A DNA stretch of 64,000 nucleotides from Squalus acanthias (lineage: Eukaryota), in NCBI GenBank assembly GCA_030390025.1, contig CM059432.1:61568001-61632000 (forward strand). Reading direction: 5' to 3'. Position numbers and translations under genes: made by a program. The notes under the pieces were generated by a model. It saw only the letters and a list, made by a program, of their open reading frames with translations. It had not been told where the DNA came from and made no database searches. This document shows positions 61,831 to 64,000 of the stretch, piece after piece; position 1 is the stretch's first letter; every line of letters starts with the position of its first letter.

Positions 61831-63320
61831 AATGTGCTGCCCACACTTATAACAAACAGGTTAGGAATGCATTGGTCACTATGGGCAATGCTTTCATCTC
61901 CTTTCCCAATGAATAGCAACAGGAGCATGATGTGTTTGCCCAAAGTCACGTCACCACTGCATTTCCTAAAGTATAGAAGTCATTGATGATAGCCATGTGG
62001 TCATTGGGCATCAGATTCATGCTTCTCCTCTGCCGGTGCCACTTGCCTCTTGTCACCTATATACTCTGACTCACCTGGTGCTACCCCCTCAAGTTCACTA
62101 ACTGCATCCTCCAGGATGTGTTTAATTATGTTGGTGCTTATATATGTTAAAGGGAAAGATGCAAGGTGCTGTCTTGTTCTGAGCCTCTGGCAGGTTGCTC
62201 TTCCAAGCTCACAATGACAGAATGGTGAAGCCCTGAGCTTGCGGGAATCTTCATTAGTTTATTTTACTTTCCTTACTAATGAGCTTAAATTCAGCAGGTT
62301 GCCACATCTGATCTGAGGTCGTAGGCAGAAAAGAGAAGACGCCAGATAGCTTAACTGACACAATTTTCCCTGGCCACCTGCAGCGGGGTGAGACCAGAGG
62401 AAGGGCTGCACAAGAGCTGGGCTCAGCCAATACAGCTACAGAGTTGGTGGGCTGAGGAAAAGGGAGGAAGAAGAAGTGGTGGGGGGAGGGAGAGCAGGAG
62501 AAGAAGTAGAAGGGATGGGCAGGTGGGACTGGCAGGCGAACAAACAGCAGAGATGGAGTGAGAGAAGAATAGGCATGGTATGGAGGGACATTAGGTGAAG
62601 TACTTCTATCCGTCTGACACAACACGCAGCATCATGTCCTCAAACTGCAACCACTGATAGAAGCACAACAGCACAGCCGCGGTCAAACCACACAACAAAT
62701 TAAGAGAAATGTTCCAATAAGAGGGCTGCAGTAGAGACAGCTTGCTAGGATGAATCATCCACCACTAACAGCTGCACTGAAAATCCAGCCCCAACCCGGT
62801 CGACATGCCCTGAGACATCCCTAAAAGATGGGTCAGGCTTTTTGCGGTGAATTCTCCAAGTCTGTGCTTTGGGGGATGAAGAGGCCTCTGCAACACCCCA
62901 CATGCCACCCCAATGAACCCTGTGTTTCAGCAGAGCAATTGATTGTCAAATGACCATCAGAAAGGTGTAATCCTCGGATGACCCTGGGACTGCAAAGTAC
63001 ATTCAAGGTCTTGATGACCAAGGTGACCTCTAAATCGCATGAATTCTCCCAGCTACTGCATTGTTCATTGATGACACACAAGCCGAGTTTTACACTTTGG
63101 TTTTGTTTGGAATCCACTGCGGTCTAAACATTTCAACTTGATCAGCAACTCTTTTCCCAGAGGAAGAAAGTGGCCGCGGTCTTGCAGCTGATGAGTTGTT
63201 TTTCAGACAATCAACAAGACAAAAAGAGGTTTTGTTGAATTTTTTGGCCAGGATGCTCGACTGGCACAGCTGGAGTGAAAATGGAGAGGGAAAAATCCAC
63301 CCATGGTTTATAGAGGCACT

Positions 63321-64000
63321 AGCCGAGAAATTCGAGTAGGTCAGAAACCTACCGGTAACAGCGAGGGCCAAGGCTAACGGCCACCCACAAAAAGAGCGCA
63401 GGCAGCACCAGTATTTTGGTGCTGCCTGCTAATTTACATGAGCGGAGCGGAGAATCTGTCGTGCAACGCGTTCTTTCCGGCGCTAACCTCAACAGGAGGC
63501 TGAAGGTTGCATCTGAATGATCAGTATAGCATTCTCGGGCAATGTGCTGTGTCAGACCATTTGGTGCCGACTCCTGGGTTTTGCTATTGAGTCCCCTGAT
63601 GGCCCTTGTAGGATTGGAACATTGTGCGCTATGGCATTTGTTTCTCCACGGCTCCCCTCTTACTTTCGCGGACATTTGTCTGGGTCTTGTGTGGGGTCAC
63701 AAATGGGTGCCAGACTGCCTGGTACTCCCACCTTTGCTGGCTGCCATAGCTCCACAGATCTTTCACCCAGATTGTTGCTGAGTGGAGGTTTGTGCTCCGC
63801 CATGGTGCGGGAGGGGGAGGGGGATGCACCGTCTTGCAGCTAGCAGTGACAGTGCACTAGCCTGCGTATCACACAGGGGATTCACTCGCTGGTGAGTGGG
63901 TCTTAAAGCACAGACTCAGATCTGGAGGGACTGACTGGAAACACCACATAAAGACTGTGGCACAGATATCCTTAAACTGTTGCATGAGACATCAATGGAA
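63321..64000. mobile_element. Start of another Harbinger-family element, probably running off the window
   Basis: agccgagaaattc TIR, and the next ~120 bp align with 11558-11680 (aaacct.ccggt, acggccaccc, aggcagc.cc, tggtgctgc.tgctaattta). Confidence 0.65.

Noticed and set aside
61300..63300. Possible very old Harbinger or LINE remnants (TIR-like aaaatccagccc at ~62780-62791)
   Set aside because: Too degenerate to assign coding motifs or boundaries by eye.

Overview
Repeat-dense vertebrate DNA. The CR1, L2, DeuSINE and Penelope repeat types suggest a cartilaginous fish (inference). I could not support any host protein-coding exon, so this is probably intronic or intergenic. The window is dominated by PIF/Harbinger DNA transposons: three two-gene elements with a HARBI1-type DDE transposase convergent with a 3-exon Myb/SANT gene (A 9878-16379, C 32355-~35980, D ~57090-61032), two copies of an internally deleted derivative (B1 11558-13498 nested in A, B2 ~35981-37761), older relics and many MITEs. 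It also holds several CR1 LINEs (one with an intact esterase-type ORF1), L2-type tails, a DeuSINE, a hAT-like element and a C-rich minisatellite. A 5'-truncated Penelope element inserted in A carries a minimal hammerhead ribozyme motif. The most notable observations are that hammerhead; a Penelope-derived hairpin captured by the B elements; a shared Harbinger target-site consensus; and a splice-donor plus invertible-hairpin module recurring across different MITE families. All calls are by-eye motif recognition, and boundaries marked ~ are approximate.
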